Made by a program: the position numbers and the translations under genes | Notes under the pieces: model-generated | Told to the model about the DNA's origin: nothing | What the model saw: the letters and a program-made list of their open reading frames with translations, nothing else | Database searches by the model: none | Shown here: in pieces, positions 60,432-64,000 of the stretch | Numbering within the stretch: position 1 is the stretch's first letter | How the letters are laid out: each line of letters starts with the position of its first letter | Origin: Macrostomum lignano | Taxonomy: Eukaryota | NCBI GenBank assembly: GCA_002269645.1 | Contig: NIVC01000845.1 | Location: 370,003 to 434,002 of the forward strand | Reading direction: 5' to 3' | DNA: 64,000 nucleotides

Positions 60432-61384
60432 GAACTGTCGAAGCTTTGCCTTCCAGTTCTTAGGAAGGATCAAGGAATCATCAAGGAAATCATCAATCAA
60501 GGAAAATTCATAATTAACTGGAACCAGATACAATCTTCTTCGCTCTATTTTTTCACGTGTTCGTGAAACAATTTTTTAATAAATCATCTCACATGTAAAG
60601 CTTCAGTGTGCACAAAGGTAACATTAGCAGCACAACCACTGGCTAATAAGTATTCGAATCATCTTAATTTAGCTGATTGAATTCTCAGAAACTAATTCAG
60701 TAGTAGCTAGTGGTGATGAATGTACGACAACCCATGAAAATTTTGACACCCCATCAACTTGTACTCGATCTAAGGTTTGTTTTGTTAATTGTAAATTGAT
60801 CTTGTTAATTTAGTAGCGCAATGTACCGCTTCCATGTTAATTCAAATTCAAACTTAATTTAAACATTTTTCAAACGATTCTTATTAACGCAATAACAAGG
60901 CTTTCCAAGTTGAACAGCCTAAACTAAGAATTTATCGTTTAATAAAACCTTATGCGCAGTGATTCATTTATACGATAGTATCTTGATATGTGACCTGATA
61001 TGCTTATTCAATGAAAAACGAGTACAAAAGATATAACAACTAATTTAGGTAGAAACGAGAGTGCGAGCTAAAGAAGCGAAGAAAAAATTTCTTGAAAGGA
61101 AAATAAATATAAACTGTTAAGATTTTAAAAGTCCCTATACGAGATCGCCCACTGAAAAGTAGCATCAAAAGGATAGTTTAAATGGAACTGCGAGCGTGAG
61201 TGCCCAAAGGTGAGATCTGGCCCAAGGTTAAGAGCAGTTGACAACAAATGGGAACTTAGAAATCGGTTCTGATTCTCATTTAAGACATGCATTTAGTGTC
61301 CCAGTCACAGTCAGTCCTTGGCTGGAGGGATGCTGCTGTTTTAAACCTTGGCAGCGATTTTGCTATTTTGCAGCTATCCAGCAG

Positions 61385-62025
61385 CTATTTTGCGCGCTGA
61401 GTCAAACCCTTTTCATGTCTGCAAGTCGCTGCAGCTTTCTCGCGGCTTTTCCAGGGGTCCACGTCCTCGAAGGGGTCGCGACCCACAGGAGCCCCCGCTT
61501 GCCCGCTTACGCTTCTCCAGGGGCGGCAGATGAGTGGTGTCGGATTCAAAGTTGAAAATTTGGATCCCAACAGAGATATTGCAGAGATATCTCCAGCAGA
61601 GATATTGGATATGTCCGGGCAGCGGAGCATCCAGCTATCAGACAGTCCGAGGATGGTCGTGAAACCGTATCCGGCCGGCTTGAAGATGGTCTCATGAACC
61701 ACGAATTCATTTGCCGGCAGGTCCGGATTGGTTTCCCAGCAGCAGGCGGTGCATCTCGTCAGCGTTAGTGATGACGTTTTGAGCCGGAATCCAGGCACGG
61801 TTCTGGTGTGTCCGGGGTCGCTCGTCCTCCCTGTAGATGAACAGGTTACCCAATTCTACACGCCAGTCGAAGGCTTTTAGCATCTCAAAGAGTTGCTGCC
61901 CAGACTAGCCGTCGGCGGGTTGGATGTGGAGGTCCTGGTCCTCGACGCTTGTCTTCAGGACTTGAATCACAGTACCGTTCAGGGCATCTTGACCAGGTGG
62001 GAAGCCGACTGCGCCTACCATGGAG
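61385..62025 (-). pseudogene. Degraded coding fragment, tentatively an ANF-receptor / periplasmic-binding type I ligand-binding domain
   Basis: Frame MVGAVGFPPGQDALNGTVIQVLKTSVEDQDLHIQPADG*SGQQLFEMLKAFDWRVELGNLFIYREDE has strongly coding-like codon use. In-frame TAG at 61905-61907 and a frameshift near 61708. Resembles the aiiGP...P.d...lv.ll..f.W..v.iiy.dd pattern by eye only. Confidence 0.35.
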
Positions 62026-62029
62026 CTGG

Positions 62030-63209
62030 CGGGACTGTTTACCAATTGAAACCAGGCTTGCGTCTGGTCTACCGTCAGATTTCTCCGGTTATTTCACACA
62101 ATTATAAGATCTATTCATATAAGGTCACATTGGATAGTTGTTTCATTCATCAATAGATCTTGCTTTTTATGGCCTGATCTTTCGGATTCCAGTCTACCGT
62201 TGGCAAAATTCGATTGGGCTGTGTGCAATGACTTTTTGCTTTCAGAATGGAGACAGTACTCGAAAGGGACTCTCATCTGGCGATGTTGCTTCCGGCAGTC
62301 TTATTCACCAGGTATTCGGCAATGACGTGCCATGCAACTACGGAATCATCGTGAGCATCATCGATACTACTATCAGCGAATCTAACACATCAGCTAAAGT
62401 ATGACAACTTTTCTCTATCGAGTGTTTGTTCGATTAGAAGCTCTACGTTCTTGGATGTACCTGTATTTTATTTTTAGCACTTTAATATTAGATATTTAAT
62501 GCAGATGTATGTGGATTAATCAAGTATTTCATTCTATGGAGCACTAGCTGAGTGTACTTGTATTTTATTATGGCCGCTTTGTAAAAACTTTAGTTTGATA
62601 ATACGTACATTTTTACTGTGACTATGATCATCGTCAATTAACGTCATGATGAGTTGGCACAGAATTTTAACAAAATGCGAACGGCGAAATGTCCATCCGG
62701 TCCGGTCCCTACTTTGTAGATGCGTCTACTTACATGTAGTTAGAGGGAAAAATAAAACTTTACTCGCTCTAACTTTGCTCACATCAGTGACTCTGTGGTC
62801 CGAGTTTAAACCGAAGTCCGACCGCCGAGCAGCTGCCGACCTTTTGGCGCAGCCTCTATCAAACTGGCGGCCTTCGACCACCTGCCGAAGTCTGCTGCAG
62901 GCGCATCCCTGGCAGCAGCGCATCGACCAGTGGCAGGCGGTCATAATCGGCGATGATTCCGCCAGCCTGCCCGCCTGGCTGTAGTCGGCCCTGCTCAACG
63001 AGGCCTGCTACCTGAGCGACTCGGGCAGCGTCTGGCTGGACAACATCAACCACAACCAAAAAGCATAGCGCTGTGCGAGGAGCATCCTCGAGGAGATAGG
63101 AATCTTTGCCTACCAGGACAGACACGAATAGCACCAATGTTTACCACCTATGATGTACATGTAATTGCCAACTTTTCTAAGTTACAGGTGGCGGTGCAGT
63201 ACGACTTCG
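62030..63209 (+). pseudogene. GBA2: GBA2-like (GH116 non-lysosomal glucosylceramidase) unprocessed pseudogene fragment
   Basis: Collinear GBA2 motifs: TVYQL..RQISPVISHNYK, MTFCFQNG, LIHQVFGNDVPCNYGI, WQQRIDQWQAVI..LPAWL*SALLNEACYLSDSGSVW, ILEEIGIFAY, MFTTYDVH (frameshifted), and exon remnant VAVQYDF at 63188-63209. In-frame TAG at 62982, 63066 and 63129. Confidence 0.8.
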
Positions 63210-64000
63210 GTGAGCAGGAGTTAGTGAAAACTCACTCGTAAAGTTGCCTTCTTAAATTTAGTTTCATTTTTCGGCGAGAAGTCTTCAAAAGGGTGTTTCT
63301 AAGATGGTTCTTGGAAACTTTGGTGCTTTTGATAGCATTGTAATTTATACGAAACCATCAAGATAAATATATTTGGCAAAGGCATCCATACCTTAACCTA
63401 AACCTAACAGCTAAATCGGCAATGGAGGAAAACCCTTCTGGTTGATTACCGGCGAAATTGCAAAATGGCTACGCCACACGATCTGGACGATCCGGGTAAG
63501 TTCTGACTTCCAATTTGCTTTTTCTTAGATACGAGCTATTTTACAAATCTGTAGAAGAAACGTTAAATTTTTACACCGAAAAAGTTTATAGGAACAGAGC
63601 GCAAGTATATTTTGTGCAACAGGAAATTTCTGGATTGAAACATTGAAAACAGGTCTAATTAGCAAAATGCAAAGATTTTAAAGAACAGATTTATACACGC
63701 TTTTAAAGTGAACAATCAAACTAACAACACTGATTTCTGTTTCTATGACCGACATATTTTTTTGTTTAAATACTCGTAGCCTAATTTTTACCAGGAAAGC
63801 TTACGCGATACAAAGGTTAGCACTTACATTCTCACAGGACATACAAAACGTAGGAAAAGGTACTGCAGATTAGAAACCAAGAAAGAGAACATAGTAAAGG
63901 AAGATGGCATTCTGTCTGTCAGACCATACTATACAAGCTACTCACTGTTGTTGTAGCAACGGCCAGAATCTGGTTAAGCTTGGTCTCTCATGTTGTACAT

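Noticed and set aside
62818-62880. PTFWRSLY motif suggesting a LINE reverse transcriptase
   Set aside because: The adjacent frame matches GBA2 over a much longer collinear stretch, and no RT motifs follow.

Overview
Eukaryotic (animal) genomic DNA. GC-rich spliced exons sit among about 35 different tandem-repeat arrays that fill most introns. This pattern suggests a free-living flatworm such as Macrostomum, but that is inference only. I built gene models by hand from GT-AG splice sites and reading-frame phase. They are: a single-domain secreted ACE-like peptidase M2 (+, 5688-12034); an Nkx6 homeobox gene (-, 13319-22682); a smoothelin-like CH-domain gene (-, 34278-40683); an unidentified type I membrane protein (-, about 42859-46591); and two tandem Delta-like C2-DSL-EGF-TM paralogs (+, 50975-54358 and 56750-60431). 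There is also a GBA2-like pseudogene, a possible ANF-receptor-domain remnant, two copies of a hAT-like MITE and a 102-bp perfect foldback insertion. The most unusual recurring structure is pairs of related satellite arrays in inverted orientation that bracket ACE exon 2, smoothelin exon 3 and the whole first Delta-like gene. Most long ORFs in the supplied track are translations of repeats, not genes. No CRISPR arrays or rRNA genes are supported.
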